Positions 46,255 to 60,169 of a stretch of DNA of 64,000 bases are shown here, piece after piece. The DNA lies in assembly GCF_964204645.1 (NCBI RefSeq), contig NC_134028.1:15755653-15819652 (forward strand), written 5' to 3'. The stretch comes from Tubulanus polymorphus. Its lineage: Eukaryota > Animalia > Nemertea. Each line of letters begins with the position of its first letter. Position 1 is the first letter of the stretch. The notes below the pieces were generated by a model. That model ran no database searches, was not told the DNA's origin, and saw only the letters and a program-made list of their open reading frames with translations. Both the position numbers and the translations under genes were made by a program.

Positions 46255-47772
46255 GAGTACTTCATGTTGTAAGAGATATGAAATATTATGAACTGTTTGA
46301 TATGAAATTGTAGATATATATGATTATGAAATATGTGACTTACCGTATTTTCCGGTGTACAAGTCGACCCGGTGTATAAGTCGAGGTCAAATTTTCAGTT
46401 TAAAAAGTTGTGCTAGGGCTATAGTCGGTGTATAAATCGAGTCGCTTCTTCATGTGTTTACATATTTCACATTGAAAACAGTGCCCATGTCATTTTCATA
46501 GTAGTTGAGAGTCTTTACCACTGTTTGCATTATTAAATCATTGGGATCTGTTGTTTCTAATATTGAATTACCGGATTAGTGCTCATTGTTTGTGTCCACG
46601 TGTTGAATGTATAGTGTTGAATACCGCGCGCCTGTAGTCTAGTATTAGACTGACTGTGTATTGATTATTGGCACGCTGCCACAGCATCGCGGCTTATATA
46701 AACACTGTACAATGAATATATGCGGTTTTCTTTCTCTTTTGATTTTTAACATTAGTTAATTTTGAAACATTTCCAAACTATAAGAAACTATTTTTATCAA
46801 CATCCTAAATTCTAATTGGTATATGAGTGTAGCCTAACATAAATTAATATTCCATTTCATCATGGCGACCTTGAACTCTAAACATCGTCAGTTTAAACGA
46901 TATCGAAAGTGTAGCCGGTGTATAAGTGGACCTACGTTTTTTGGACATGATTTTTGGTCTCAAAAACTCGACTTATACACCGGAAAATACGGTATATCAG
47001 GGTGACAGGTGCCCCCTTGTCCAATTAAATATGGTCATCCAAATTTGCAGAAAACACAGATGCTGGGTTGATTAACTTCATCCACTGTGAAAACAGGAAA
47101 AATTGAGTTGCATGGCGCGAAAAATTCTGAACACTTCTTAGTCATTCACGAAAGAGTCACATGTTGTCGTTATATACGTGCGCTGTGACGATACGAAAAC
47201 TGTATTTTCGAAAGATCTGCAGAGGATCCCCGGCGTTGAATTTTGATGTTATTTGAACTCTGTCTGATTCTGCGACGAACAGCTGCGACGTGTTTTGTAG
47301 TTATAGCGTCCTTAAGTCCAGCTGGTGATTGCAAGTAGTACGCATTTCTCTGTTTTGACGATCTGTTTACGACTGACTGGAAAACCTAAGTGACATACTC
47401 TTATGATAATGGTTATTTCAACATCTGACTTCATACCAGTGTCCAGGTAATGACAAAATAAATACATGTCAACATGTTACCCATGTCAACCAAAATAAAA
47501 AAATTGATCCTCACCCAAAAAGTGGTCAGCGGTAAATAAAGAATAACCATTGCGGATAAACGTTCTGGTCACTATCTGTATATCGGCAGCTTCATTGGTA
47601 CTTGCATAAGCCACCAGGACATAAATTTGGGTTCTCCATCATCTGTAATTAATGTCTCTCAAACATGTGACTACGTGTTAGTTTGTGAGACCTGATGTCT
47701 GCAACTTCTCTGACACCTAGTTCTCACATCATACTCATGATTCTGTATATAAAGACTATGTAAAGTTATGTG
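45970..47772. repeat. ~125-bp inverted repeat pair (45970-46095 and 47645-47772)
   Basis: CATAACTTTACATAGTCTTTATAT...GTTTGAGAGACATT and its reverse complement. Confidence 0.8.
46343..46992. mobile_element. Tc1/mariner-pogo-type MITE with TA TSD
   Basis: TA|CCGTATTTTCCGGTGTACAAGTCGA ... TCGACTTATACACCGGAAAATACGG|TA; a matching empty site ATGTGACTTATATCAGGGTGACA lies at ~47768. Confidence 0.92.
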
Positions 47773-49104
47773 ACTTATATCAGGGTGACAGTTCGTGCCA
47801 CATCAGACAAAAGTTGTTCTTTCCCTAATTTCGAAGGTCATTGATGACTTTTGACTGTGAAGTATCGAGATACAAACTTTAGTCATAACTTCAAGTATAA
47901 CAGAGATACAGACATTTAAGTATTTCGCCCTCTATGGGTCTGTATATGACTAATATAATGGGTCATTGAATGCTATGGAAGGAACAAATTATATGGAAAT
48001 GTTAGCATCTGGTCAATATAGTAGCTGCTTATTAAAATGCGTTTCAATGAGGAATGACTTCCAAAAGGAACATTCATTGTCAAACCCCAGTTATCTAGCG
48101 CAAGCCAGATGCACCGCTTGACTGTGGCAACAAATATTTGAACTGAGATACTGCCAGGAATGTTATGCCTCTCTAGCTTATACAGTGGTAGCGCAGACTT
48201 GCCAACCCATTCGGTTTCTCCATATTTTCATATAGCTGTGGGCTCTTGTGTACCGTGTTACGGTCTTGAATAGAATTTTGAACCGCAACAATAAAACAAT
48301 TAACTCAGTAGTCAATAGTGGGCCTGCAATTAGCAGTGGAATGCTATCAGCTATTCACCATATCAACAGTCGCATTGTGTTCATGATTTTGTCAGCATTG
48401 TTTTGTCTTTCAACACCTGTTTACTAGCTCCACAGCTCTGAGCGCTCAATGATGTAATTGCTGAAAATAGTCTACACACTCAGACATGCTCATGTCGGTG
48501 TACAGCAGGGAATCCCAGCTGTACTAGTGATCGATAGAGAACATGTGTGCTGTATTGTAACACCACGGAGATGCCCTGACACGCGCGTAGTTTAATTTAA
48601 TTCAAGTATAACAGAATCTTTAAATTACTAGAATAAAAATATCTTCATAAATGTATAATATATCATAAATTGTAATAAGGGCCTATGAATTAAAAAGGTA
48701 ATTAGATTTAGAATTAACATATACTATCTATTCAAGAATTAATTCATCATCTTCAATTGATAGTTTTAATTCGGTAACACGTCTTGACTTGAAAAAATTA
48801 CTTGAATTAGATACTTTTCAGATCAAATACAGATTAGATACTGTAAAATATTGAAATGAAATTTCATTAAAAATTTTTTTTTATGTATAATATATTATTA
48901 TCAATAATTATTTAGTTATAATATAAGTGATAGCATTAATTTTTACAATGTTTTGGTTAGAAATTCTCTTTTTGATCTGAAGTGGAAGATTTTTTTCAGG
49001 TCGCATCACTCGTGAAAAAATACTGACAAACTCAAGAAAATACTGACAAACTCGAAGATTTGTACTGACAACATATTTCTGAGGTTGGCAGCTCTGGTAG
49101 CTAT

Positions 49105-49900
49105 GGGATACGCCCATAATACCTCCGCCCAAAATACCTCCGTCCTAAATCCCACACCCAGAATCCCTCCACCCAGAATACCCTCAAATGTGTCCAAAAT
49201 ACCTCCACCAAGAATTAAAAGAAATACTATAATTTTATTATTTAGATGTATAAAGTACCACCAATATTGACTATTATACATGTATGGGATCATATATAAT
49301 GTATTACGGTTATATAAGCCTATACTGAATAATAATTGAATAACAATTAATGACAATGTTCACTTCCAATTAGTTATGGCTGGGAAATTTACAAATCGAC
49401 CCAATTTGAACAAACAATGAGATAGGGATTATAGAATATTAATTAGTTTATCTCATGTCTTAAATCTAATACTAGATTTTTCTGGAAACAATTCAATATT
49501 TCGAATATAGAATATTAATTAGTCCTATAATCTAAGAAAACAATGTACTACATTTCGGTATACACACCAGTTCAGTTCATTTCCATTTAACTGCAACAAT
49601 GATCTTTTGAACAATATACTGAAATTAACATTATACTTTGTTTCGCTCAATTAACTACTTTTAAACTACAGAACTTTGGTTTATTTGAATATGGCCTGTA
49701 AATTAAAACTTTGATGGTGACAAATTATAAAAAATTATATTACTAATAGGTTCCTAATTTTTGTCCTTCAGGCATAAACCCATTAGATCTAGGGCCTGGA
49801 GGTATTTTGGAAACATATGAGGGTATTCTGGGCGGAGGGATTCTGGGTGCGGGATATTTGGGTGGAGGTATTTTGGGCAGAGGTATTATGACCCGGATTC
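49105..49900. mobile_element. Mutator/foldback-like MITE with ~100-bp repetitive TIRs and 9-bp TSD
   Basis: GGTAGCTAT (49096-49104) and GGTAGCTAC (49901-49909); arms built of ~15-bp AATACCTCC(G/A)CCCA units. Confidence 0.82.
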
Positions 49901-50389
49901 GGTAGCTACCCGCCTATGGAATGTTCTGCCACAGTTGATACACATTATATCTTCTCTCGATAGTTTTGCCTCACAACTGAAAACTCGCCTAATCAATGAG
50001 AGCAACTGTTGAAACTATAGCTGCAAAGTAGCAATAACAAGTTTTCTGCTAAGCAGCACCATGCTCTTCAGAAAGATATGGATTGTAGAAAATTTGAATA
50101 CACGCATTGCATTGACGGATTCGAACCTAATATGCCACCACTATGTAAACGTGCAATTTGATTCAGTTTTGAAACTGAACAAACCTGCTATGCATATAAT
50201 GGCCACTAGGGGGCCTACATGGAAAAATGACGTTAACAGCCTAGAGGCTGCAATTGTTGACCAGTGTACTTCAAACTTGGTCCACAAGAAGAGTATCACT
50301 TAGGCCAAAACCCTATTTAAAATTGGGTCGATTCAATTCAAGTTATTCCCACCTGGGGTCCGCATGAAAAACAACGTTAACAGTCATAT

Positions 50390-51473
50390 TGTCCATCCGT
50401 CCACCCATCCATCCGTCGACGGAATCCAGTTATTTTGGAAAGTTTTAAAGACGCTTCAATGTGATGTCTTGATATTTGGGTACACATGTATCTACCCTAG
50501 ACACATCTTTAGCCCAAAAACTTTTGAATACTCTTTGATCTTTAGTATGTATTGGACATCAGACACATATCAGACACAAGATGGCTGTCCTATGACCTTT
50601 TTTCTGCCCAAAAATGTCAATTTTGGCCCGATTTCTGAGTCCTGAAGCTTCCTTCTGGTTTGCCATTTTCATTGCAATTTGTGATGGGTATTCTTTGGAA
50701 AGGGATGAATTATACCTGAGACAGGTTTTTTTGATCAGCCAATTATGGCGCAATTTGCGGCCATCTTGGTGTCATCAGTACTCATTCGTAGGTGGAACAA
50801 AGTTTTTCGAGTTATATTTATACCTAAGCATATTATGTTACCAAAATCGTTAGAAAAGTTGTAGCTCATAACATGTTCTATGATATATGGTGAGTTTCAA
50901 GGTTATGGGGTTTTGTATATGGCCACCAGGGGGCATGAATTGTACAATAACCATGTATTTCTATAATATATTTGTACCTATGCTTATTTTGTCACGACAA
51001 TCAATTGCAAAGTTGTAGCTCATGACATTGTCTATGATTGTGGTGAGTTTCATGTTCTTTAGTTTTTCTATATGGTCACCAGGGGGTGTTGAATAGTAGA
51101 AAAACTTAGTATTGCGCTATTGTATTGGTACATCGGCATATTTTGTTACCAAGATCAATAGCAAAGTTGTAGCTCATGACATGTTCTATGATTGTGGTGA
51201 GTTTCATGGTCATTGTGTTATGCATACGGTCACCTGGGGGCGCTGAGTAGTAGAATAAGTTAGTATTTCCATATCAGATTGGAACCTAGGCATATTTTGT
51301 TATCACAATCAATTACAAAATTGTAGCTGCTGACATGGTTTATGGTTGTGGTGAGTTTCAATGTAATTTGTTTTTGTATTTGATCATTAAGGGGCGTTGA
51401 ATATTGAAATTGTTAGATTGTTTAGCATTTGAAACCACTTCGCAAGTGGGCATGGTGTCCCTGGTCCCCTAGT
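50390..51473 (+). mobile_element. Third HINE copy with four core repeats and an intact 3' end
   Basis: (TCCG/TCCA)n start, same head as 18050-18440, ends GCAAGTGGGCATGGTGTCCCTGGTCCCCTAG-TTTT. Confidence 0.85.
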
Positions 51474-51573
51474 TTTTTTCTGTTGATTTTTATAAAATGG
51501 TTTCACTGAATGAGCAGATTTTACGGAGGCCTATATACTGCCCACCCTATGTAAAACCTAAAAACGGGCTTAA

Positions 51574-52382
51574 CACATTGACTGCCACTAAAAAAATTTT
51601 TTTTTCTCAACATTGCCAATTTCACCAATCAACGAAAAGTAGGCGGAAACCACATATATTGATTTTTATTGCATTTAATGCATGTATTACACCTATTATA
51701 TGGTGAAAACAGAGTTGAATCGAGTCTCGTAGTTGGCAGTGGGGGTAAACGTTTTATGCCAGTTGCCAGCTACGAGACTCGTTCCCCCTCCCCTAAACCC
51801 AGATGTTCCAGCAGCATTTCACTATCTTGCATGTGTTCCCCCATCAGATAGAAAGCAATACCCCACAAAGCCATGTCGCATTTGCAGAAGAGATGGTAAC
51901 CGCAAAGTAACACGTTACGTTTGTGATGTCTGTCCTGGAAAACCAGCATTATGTGTAACCCCTTGTTTCAGGAGATACCATGTACTAAACTAAAGAAATG
52001 CCATGACAACAATGCTATAATTTCTATCGTACTATGTTTATTATCGATTCACAGTGAGGTGAATCATTTCTTTCCAATTAGGAAAGGTATTTGATAAGCG
52101 TTTGATGCCTTATAAACTTTGATGTGAAAATAATCACGTAATATAATTTGATTTTTTAGATGTTCATGAATAAATAAAGAATTGATAAAAAAAGTTAGTT
52201 ATTGATTTTTAAAAAATTACTTGTTTATCTGAGTTGCCAGACTTCGATTTATGTTGTTATCCACATTGCCAAACAGAAAAAAAATGAATTCATTCACTCC
52301 GGGCTTACTACGAGATATCTCGTAGTGGCAAGGAGCGGCACACCTGCTACTACGAGATATCTCATAGATGGCAGTCAACGTG
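51574..52382 (+). mobile_element. Non-autonomous piggyBac retaining the transposase C-terminal Cys-rich domain (~51800-51993)
   Basis: TTAA|CACATTGACTGCCA ... TGGCAGTCAACGTG|TTAA; CRIC...RKVTRYVCDVCPGKPALCVTPCFRRYH; palindromic subterminal TACGAGATATCTCGTA. Confidence 0.93.
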
Positions 52383-53075
52383 TTAAATGATTGAACCTGG
52401 CCTGATTTTGATTCATCTAAGCTACATCTAATGGCTTTCGCCCAGCTAAGTGATGAGTCTTGACTGCGCATGGCATAGCATGCTTGTTTGATCTTATATA
52501 GAAGATCGCCGGAATCGAAGCAATGCAGCTCTTGCACTTTTGCTTTCCTGTGTGATATATTGGGCTTTACAAAAATTTGTATAGACTTGTCAAGGTTTTT
52601 GTTAATATTGTATTAGCTGCCCTCGTTGAGTGAATTGAAACATTTTGTATTGTACGTTCTATATGTTCTATATAGTTCGTCAGCATTGTCCAATTAAGGG
52701 TAGGTGGTCACCTACAGTCAACCTCGCTTAATTCGTATCTCTTGGGACCATGGTTTTATTCTACAAATTTATAAACATTATATGTAATTTGTATTATCTA
52801 TGAATTATGTATGATTTGTAGAATTAGCGATTAATCCATTAATTAGTATAAAGTATGAATAAAAACCTGCTGAAATTGTTTCCACTGGCATTGGAACGAA
52901 CTGCGTGACACAGCTGTCATTGTTCAGACTTAACTGACAGAAAATGCATCACGTGTCAGCAGCACGCTCAGCGACAATGACTGACGAGTAATTGATAAGT
53001 TTGTAATAATGCAATACGGTTTGTAACTGTGGGTATGCCACCAGTAACAAAATTTTTCCCTCATATTTTTTCTAG

Positions 53076-53244
53076 TTATTGATGCTGAGTTTCTGCCTGG
53101 TAATATCGACCATTTGCCTGAGAGAGTAATTGAGGATCTGCTTGCCATAACCAGTTGGTTATTGACTCATACCCAAGGTGACCATGATTTCACAGAAGTT
53201 TATGCTGTAGTCAGATCCAATAATCTAATTAAATCTTTGCAAAG
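53076..53244 (+). CDS. EXOC7: EXOC7 exon 6 (gene continues beyond the window)
   Basis: (V)IDAEFLPGNIDHLPERVIEDLLAITSWLLTHTQGDHDFTEVYAVVRSNNLIKSLQ|GTAAAT; phases 1 and 2. Confidence 0.92.
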
Positions 53245-54738
53245 GTAAATTTCATCTGGTTTTCCTTGAGATCATTCCAGTGTTATGCAATGTCAATACA
53301 GTTAAATCGTGACTTAATTAGAATTTTCTGTATAGAGGAGCATAGCCACTTGTCCAAAACTTGGGGCTGTTGAATAATTGAAAAACCCATAATGCTTAAA
53401 GATAATGAAGTTATTCTGTGTTTGAGAAACGGGGATGTTAAAATCAGTGTTGATGAAAGTGGAACAACACAGTTTTTAAAATGCCGATCATCAGAGGTTA
53501 TTAGAATCCAGTGGTGTTGCACTTAAGATTTATAGCATTGATCAACCGAGACCATTTGGCCCAAATCCTTTATCCAACTATTTGCTAAATTTTATATTGT
53601 TTAATTTCAAAATGTTCTTGCTTTATATTTTTCCCAACTCATTAGTTCAGTGCTTTCTAATTCTTAACTTTTAGTGCTGAAGATTTGGAAATTTTAAGAT
53701 TTTGGAAAATTCCAGTCCAGTGCATTGTATAACAGGCATACTGCTACAGTGATACTGTGCGGTGCATTGTTCGTCACTTATGTTTTACGATGTTCAACAT
53801 TAGCTACCATCTTTCAATAGAGATTATAATTACCTTTGAATGTTTTATGCGTTGATGATTCATACTGCTTTCCATTTCCAATTTACTGTGGACCTCTTTC
53901 CACATGGCCGACTTATGACTTACTTTTGACACAGGAACTCTCCGTGTACACGAAAAATCAAAAACCGTTTGACATGATTTCATGAAATTGTTATGGTATG
54001 TGCATGTATGGTGGTATGGTGGGGAACTTTTTTGGGGAATCTATGATTCAAGATGGCCGAATTATGACCTATTTTTGACACGTGTACGTGATAGCTAAAA
54101 AATCGTTTGAGAAAATTTCATGAAATTTATATTAGGTTTGTATGATAGTATGATGTAAAACCTTATTGTTTTGGGGACTTCTCCGATTCAAAATGGCCGA
54201 CACCATCTACTTTTGACACAGGAACTTTCCGTATACACGATAACTCGAAAACCGTTTGGGATAAGTTAATGACATTTTTATGGTAAGTGTATGATAATAT
54301 GAAAAGGAACTGTCTCGTTCTCGGAACTTCTCCAATTCAAGATGGCTGACTTATGACCCACTTTCTGTTCAAAATGGCATGTTTTGAACTTATTATTGTT
54401 ACGCTGTCTTCTGTACTTATTGTAGATGCTTCATCTGTTTCTTCACTGCCCTGGGATTTTGTGATTAAAGCTGCGTGTATGAGCGTGCATTCTCAATTTT
54501 TTCATTTGACTTATTGCGCCCGAGATATAAAGATCCGTGGATCTCTTGCCTTAATATCAGATTCTCGAAAAGGCACAGACAGAACCACGAGCGAGTTACG
54601 ATGTAAGATTTTCGGTTTCTTCGAAAGGGAATTCTCTACCACATATACCGAAATTATGTATAGAGTTTCATCCCATTTATCACCAAGTTTATTTCTCCAT
54701 TTTACACCTAACTTCTTCACTAAAACCATATCCCCTAC

Positions 54739-57700
54739 CAGGTATAAAACATGCCCATTTTCAAAAGATTGCCTGGAAATTACGCGGCCGAGCAACTGCG
54801 CTGCTCGGTTTACTGCTCGGACATTCTGCTCGGTTTTGATAAATTAGCCCCGCGCAATATGAGCTGCTCGATAATCTCTGCTCGGAACTCTGCTCGGTTT
54901 CAATCGTTTGTAGATCTGCGCAAATACGAGCTGCTCGGCATGCTGCTCGGAATTATGCTCGACTAGGTTTTATGTCAAATATTGCAGAGAACCGGGATTT
55001 CCCCAGATACTCAGTAGGCCTACTCCACCGCTATAGCCACATATATACTGCATGGGCAGAAAAACTTGTATACAGGCCGGGGATTTTTGCCTGAAATATC
55101 ATATCGCGACCGAGTGACTTATTGTGAAATTTCATGTCTCTCTACTAATGATATAGCGAATCGCACTCTTAGGCGAGAGCGACGAAGTCCGCAAAGTTTA
55201 TCTAAGCTATTGATGTCTCCGTTAAACCATAGGCCTCTACATTTAAATTATTCACTTATACAAGAAATTGCTCAGCTCTAATATTCGTTCAACTTGAACT
55301 ATTTTCAAATTCCTTTCAACTCGCATATCTGAACGACCTCCCGGCAGCAAACACAAGTATCGATTAAAGACATGCACGTGTTTACTGCTATATTAGTAGG
55401 TTACCGATAGTAACAGTAGAACGATACACGCTACACAAAATCGCCCACAGAGACATTCAGTTCATTAAATCATGTTTTTGGAAGGTGGCTAAAAATCCCC
55501 TTTAGGCCATTCAAAATTGATACCGTGTTTCTCATTTTTTTAACATTCAATATTTATTTCATGAAGAAAACGATGTTTACAAAAATTACATGCGTCTTAC
55601 AATCACCATGCGGACATTATAGCAAAACATAAAAATACATTTATATATATAAATAGATAGCGGTCATTGAACACGCCAGGCTCAACACGCGGGAGAAATG
55701 TTATATATATTATGAAAAAAATACATTGTTTCATCAACACGCGCATACATTTTGCAGCTGACCGTGACATAGCCCTTTAAATGAAATAAAAATTATGTTT
55801 TAGCAATTTTAGAAGAAAAGTGTACACTTGTGATTGGAAAAATAGCAAAAAGTATAAATACCTCTGAAATGATGAGAGCGGGTTCCTTGCTTCTACCATT
55901 AAATGCATATACTTGAATAACAAACAACAATCCGCTAGACTTGAATTATTCAAATTCACTAAAAGTTCTTGCTGGCCATCGAAAAATAAACGACAATCAC
56001 AATCACAAGTGGTGGGGATGTAATACACTACAAAAAATATACAAAAAAAGTACTGAATACTAAGAAGTCAAATAAGCATTTATTTTAGCATTTATTTTAG
56101 GGACAAATAATAATATAATGTTTAGACATTGTGATTGATATTATTAAATAATTGATTATTTTTACATTACCTTTAATAGGCCTGACCGCACCATCTCTTA
56201 TAGTATAAGACTGTCCTCCGTTTTCCGTATATATTGTAGCATTCTGCGATTCCCATTCCATTAAAACAGGATCTCGCTTATCCCAAGGGAAATTATGTTT
56301 GCAACTAGGAGTTACCAATGACGGAATAAGAGCGTCCGGATACCCTAAGCCCAGTTTTTGTGTCCTGAGAACTTCCCGCAGACTGCTTGGCAATGGATAG
56401 GGTATTTTCAGTGATGACACTGAACTGATCTCTCTCTGCGCAATAGGTTCATCATCACTATTTGCTTTTGACGGTAAATCAAAATTATTTTCGCACCAGT
56501 CTTTATACTGCACAATATGAGGGCAATTGTTATTGAAATGACATGTTCGGCAAAGAAAATGTCCTAACCGACTGTTCCATTTGATAATATGTACACCAGA
56601 AACGGCAGCGACGAAGGGTTTGTTAGAAAGAATAGCTACTGAAACGGTATCAGAAACTTCATTCTCTAAACGATTTTTATACATTTCTGCGACTGCAAAG
56701 GAATGTTTGCAGTATCTACTCGTGTAACGCATTTTGATAGTAGCAATGTCTTCAGTAACGATTTTACTGAGTGCATTCAATTCTGAATGAACATTCATTC
56801 CCTCTTTGCAGTCACATGTCAATAACAGATAAGTTTCCGCTCCACTATAAAATTTCTGTCCGTTTTTCACTATAAAATATTCTGCACCATCTGCAACAAC
56901 GAAAACTCCACCAGTCACTTCCCAGTGCTGTTCATTCTTAAGTAAGTCCAAGAGGTAGCTTTGAGTGTCGGTCATATCACACGAAACCACAGCAGAGACA
57001 ACCCTGGAATGAAAATAATAAGCATACATTACACAGTGACTATTAAACAGAGAATAGGAAAAGGAGCCGATGAACAGCATAGCATTCCCCACCAATAGTT
57101 GAGTGATTTCAGCCCATTCCATTAGGCTATAGAAATTTAAGGTCAGGTTACGCAGGTTTGACGAATTTTAATATATTTATAGCCTAGATATAGAGTAGGC
57201 CTATAGACTCCCGTAACCGTAGATAGTTTTAAATATTTACACCTGATTTCGAATGAACCGATTGCCAAACATGTTTGATACAAATAATTAATAAAATTAC
57301 TGTTACTATGACAGGCACATGTTCAAATCTTTAGGCTAGAATAAGACAGATGCCAAATTTGTGTCATCGAACAAAAAAGAATGAAATATATTCGCTTCAC
57401 GTCACTAACCAAAAACTATATTATATTAATAAATTAGGTTCGAGAGAGGCCAGAAGAGGGGCTAGGTAGATTATTTTAGTTCATAGCTTCTAAAAACAGT
57501 TTAGCTTACCCTACAACACTGGATTTTGGTTTTTCATGTGTTCTTTTTCGATTTCGAAAGGTGCCGACGGCGGCGGCAACGACAACGTTGTTGTCGTTTT
57601 TATTGCAGTCGTCATGCTCTCGATGGCTTAACCTGGATATTCTATAACGTTTGCGAGGCCTTTCCTCGGAATCTTCGCAATCCCGTTTTTTTCCTGCTGA

Positions 57701-59388
57701 CATCGTAATCGACCGAGTAGACATGATAGTTTTACTGTTTATATAATCTCTGGTCACTTCACCACTGATCAAATTGTGAAAGCAAAGCGCACCACGGTCT
57801 CGGAGTGTAACAAAACTTCCGGTAATTAGGTCTAACCGAAACCAGTCCTGCTAAGTACCAAAGCGCACCGTTTAAAATAACGGTTCTCGTACGCCGCGTG
57901 ATGACTTTTCACACGGTCTAACTAAAAGGCCGGTCCTACGCATTTTTATCGTAATAAAAACAAGTATCCCTGTTATTTTCATCGGAGCTAGGCCTAAACT
58001 ATAGTTTTCACAATTACAGTGATTTGCATATCCCCTATTAAATTAATGAATTTAATCGATAACAGAATGAATATCGGCCCGGGCGGACACCATAAATGCG
58101 GCTCTGCCAAAGCTTGAGGCCTATTTTTGATAAATAAAGTAAAATAATAAAGTAAAAATAAGTATAAACTTTTAATGATTTAATATTAAGACTTGACATA
58201 TTGAATGACACGGTAAAGTATATAAAAATTAGAAAGGTTTAGCTTACCTCATCGAGAATAAAAGTTTTTTGGCAAGAAATTTGTGAACTTATATCATTAA
58301 CTAAAATCATCGTATATAACTTGTAACAATTAATTTTTCTATTTGAACGTCAAGACGCATATTTATTCAAATTCTGATGTAGAAATTCTAGTCACTTCAA
58401 AAACAGCCCATCAGATTAGTTTACATATATAGGACTATTTGTGAATGGATTTGAGGTGGATGTTCGGAGCGAATTTGTAATTCGATCGTATGACAAGATC
58501 GTTCGTTTGAAGCAGTCATCGGCCTTTGGAACACGATTGTCGAGTATACAGAAAATATTCATGCCACGCGAAAAATACATACCAATAGGCCTACGAAATA
58601 ATTCATAGATTTAGTTCAGTAAAAACATTAGCCAGAAAAATAAAATCGTAAACAAATAAAGACGCCTCTAAATCAACGGCTATTGTCACCTGTCTCTTCA
58701 TGGGTAAAATATGATCAATAGATCATTCAAACATCCAAAAACCTAATGATACGTAGTTCTACAACTAATGAACAATATTTTTTTTCATGTATTTTTTTTC
58801 TCCGTCGAAGGCGCGCTCAAAAATGTATCAACGTTTGCTCCAGTGGTACGTCATCTCTACGCGAATAGCAACATCGGCATTAATTACTTGCTACTATGAT
58901 GCTAATCCAAGCAAAGTTGCTTTACTGGAGCAGTTACTCGGCAAAAAAAATCCTGCTCGGCCGAGTAAGTCTTTCTGATCGGTGTAATTACTCGGCCAGA
59001 TAATTATCTATTGTTCGGGTAGCATATAAAACCCAAAGACAGATATACGGCCAAATCATTCAGAGTTCAGAGGTTGGTGCGTGTACTACGTAGAGTTCAG
59101 CGATGACTGATGTTCCGATCAACCCGTCGAGCAAGTCACCGAGTATCGTGCCTTTGCTCGGTATTTCATACGTTCAATTCCGAGCAGCATGCCGAGCAGC
59201 TAGTATTTGCGCGGATCTACAAACGATTAACCGAGCAGAGTTCCGAGCAGAGATTATCGAGCAGCTCATATTGCGCGGGGCTAATTTATCAAAACCGACC
59301 AGAATGTCCGAGCAGTAAACCGAGCAGCGCAGTTGCTCGGCCTCGTAAGTTCCGAGCAATCTTTTGAAAATGGGCATGTTTTATAGCT
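54739..59388 (-). mobile_element. ~4.65-kb DNA transposon with ~215-bp TIRs and 7-8-bp TSD, probably a KDZ/Zisupton-related deletion derivative
   Basis: 54739-54954 is the reverse complement of 59176-59388 and is rich in (T)GCTCGG units. (T)CCCCTAC flanks both sides. Excision restores the Gypsy integrase frame ISVGDMVLVK. Confidence 0.85.
55862..57724 (-). CDS. Spliced SWIM-like/Cys-rich (CxC) protein; exons 57724-57510, 57003-56171, 56027-55862; apparently 3'-truncated
   Basis: All GT/AG junctions are phase-compatible. Motifs LTCDC...YCKH, CRTC..NNCPHI, IPYPLP..L.P...CKH..PW...DP, VYY.PT..CDC...FDGQ..LL.NLNN. I recall this layout from the N-terminal half of KDZ/HMGXB3-like transposases. Confidence 0.65.
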
Positions 59389-60169
59389 CCCCCTACAGAT
59401 ATTGACCCCCACAAACACGAGAAATATAATACTTGGAGTATTTATTTGCTGAAACTTTGAACTTAGGCTTGGCTTGGTTCCATAAGGAAAAAAATTCCTC
59501 CTGCAACGTAGCAGTGCACCGTCTTTGGGGCCTAATTTAATTATACACCTCATCCACTGGTAAAATCGGTTCCCGACCAAACATCAAATGGTACGGGGAA
59601 AACCTAGTGAAATCATGAGGGGTACAATTGTATTGAAACACGACCAAAGAGATGTGGTCCTTCCAGGAAAATTTCGCTACAGGTTCCAGCAAACCCAAAT
59701 AAGAGTTGAGTTGAATCTTTCAACTGCCCCATTTCCCGGAGGATGATACGGCGAGGTATGAGATTTCTCGATATTCAGAATACTACACAACTCATTGATA
59801 TACTGGCTTTCAAAATTAGCTCTCAGATAGGCGTAAATTATTTTTCGGAACACCAAATTTCGTAATGAAATGCTCATATAGCATATGCGCTGTAGTTTTG
59901 GCCGTTTGATTCCGGGTAGGTATTGCCAGTGCGTATTTCGTAAAGTGATCTGTTTAAACTAATACAGACTCAAACCCACCTATACTCTGATCTAAAGTAA
60001 GGTACTCAACACATACTACGTCCAGTGACTCCGAAGTCAGGATTGGGACCAATTCGGCCTGAAAATGGGGTACGGACCCATGAACTACACACCGGCTACA
60101 CGATTTGATATATGTGTCCACATCTATATACATACCCAGCCAGAAAAATTTGCTATGTAAAAGACTGAG

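Noticed and set aside
54751-59377. Paired ORFs MPIFKRL... on opposite strands
   Set aside because: They are translations of the two TIRs.
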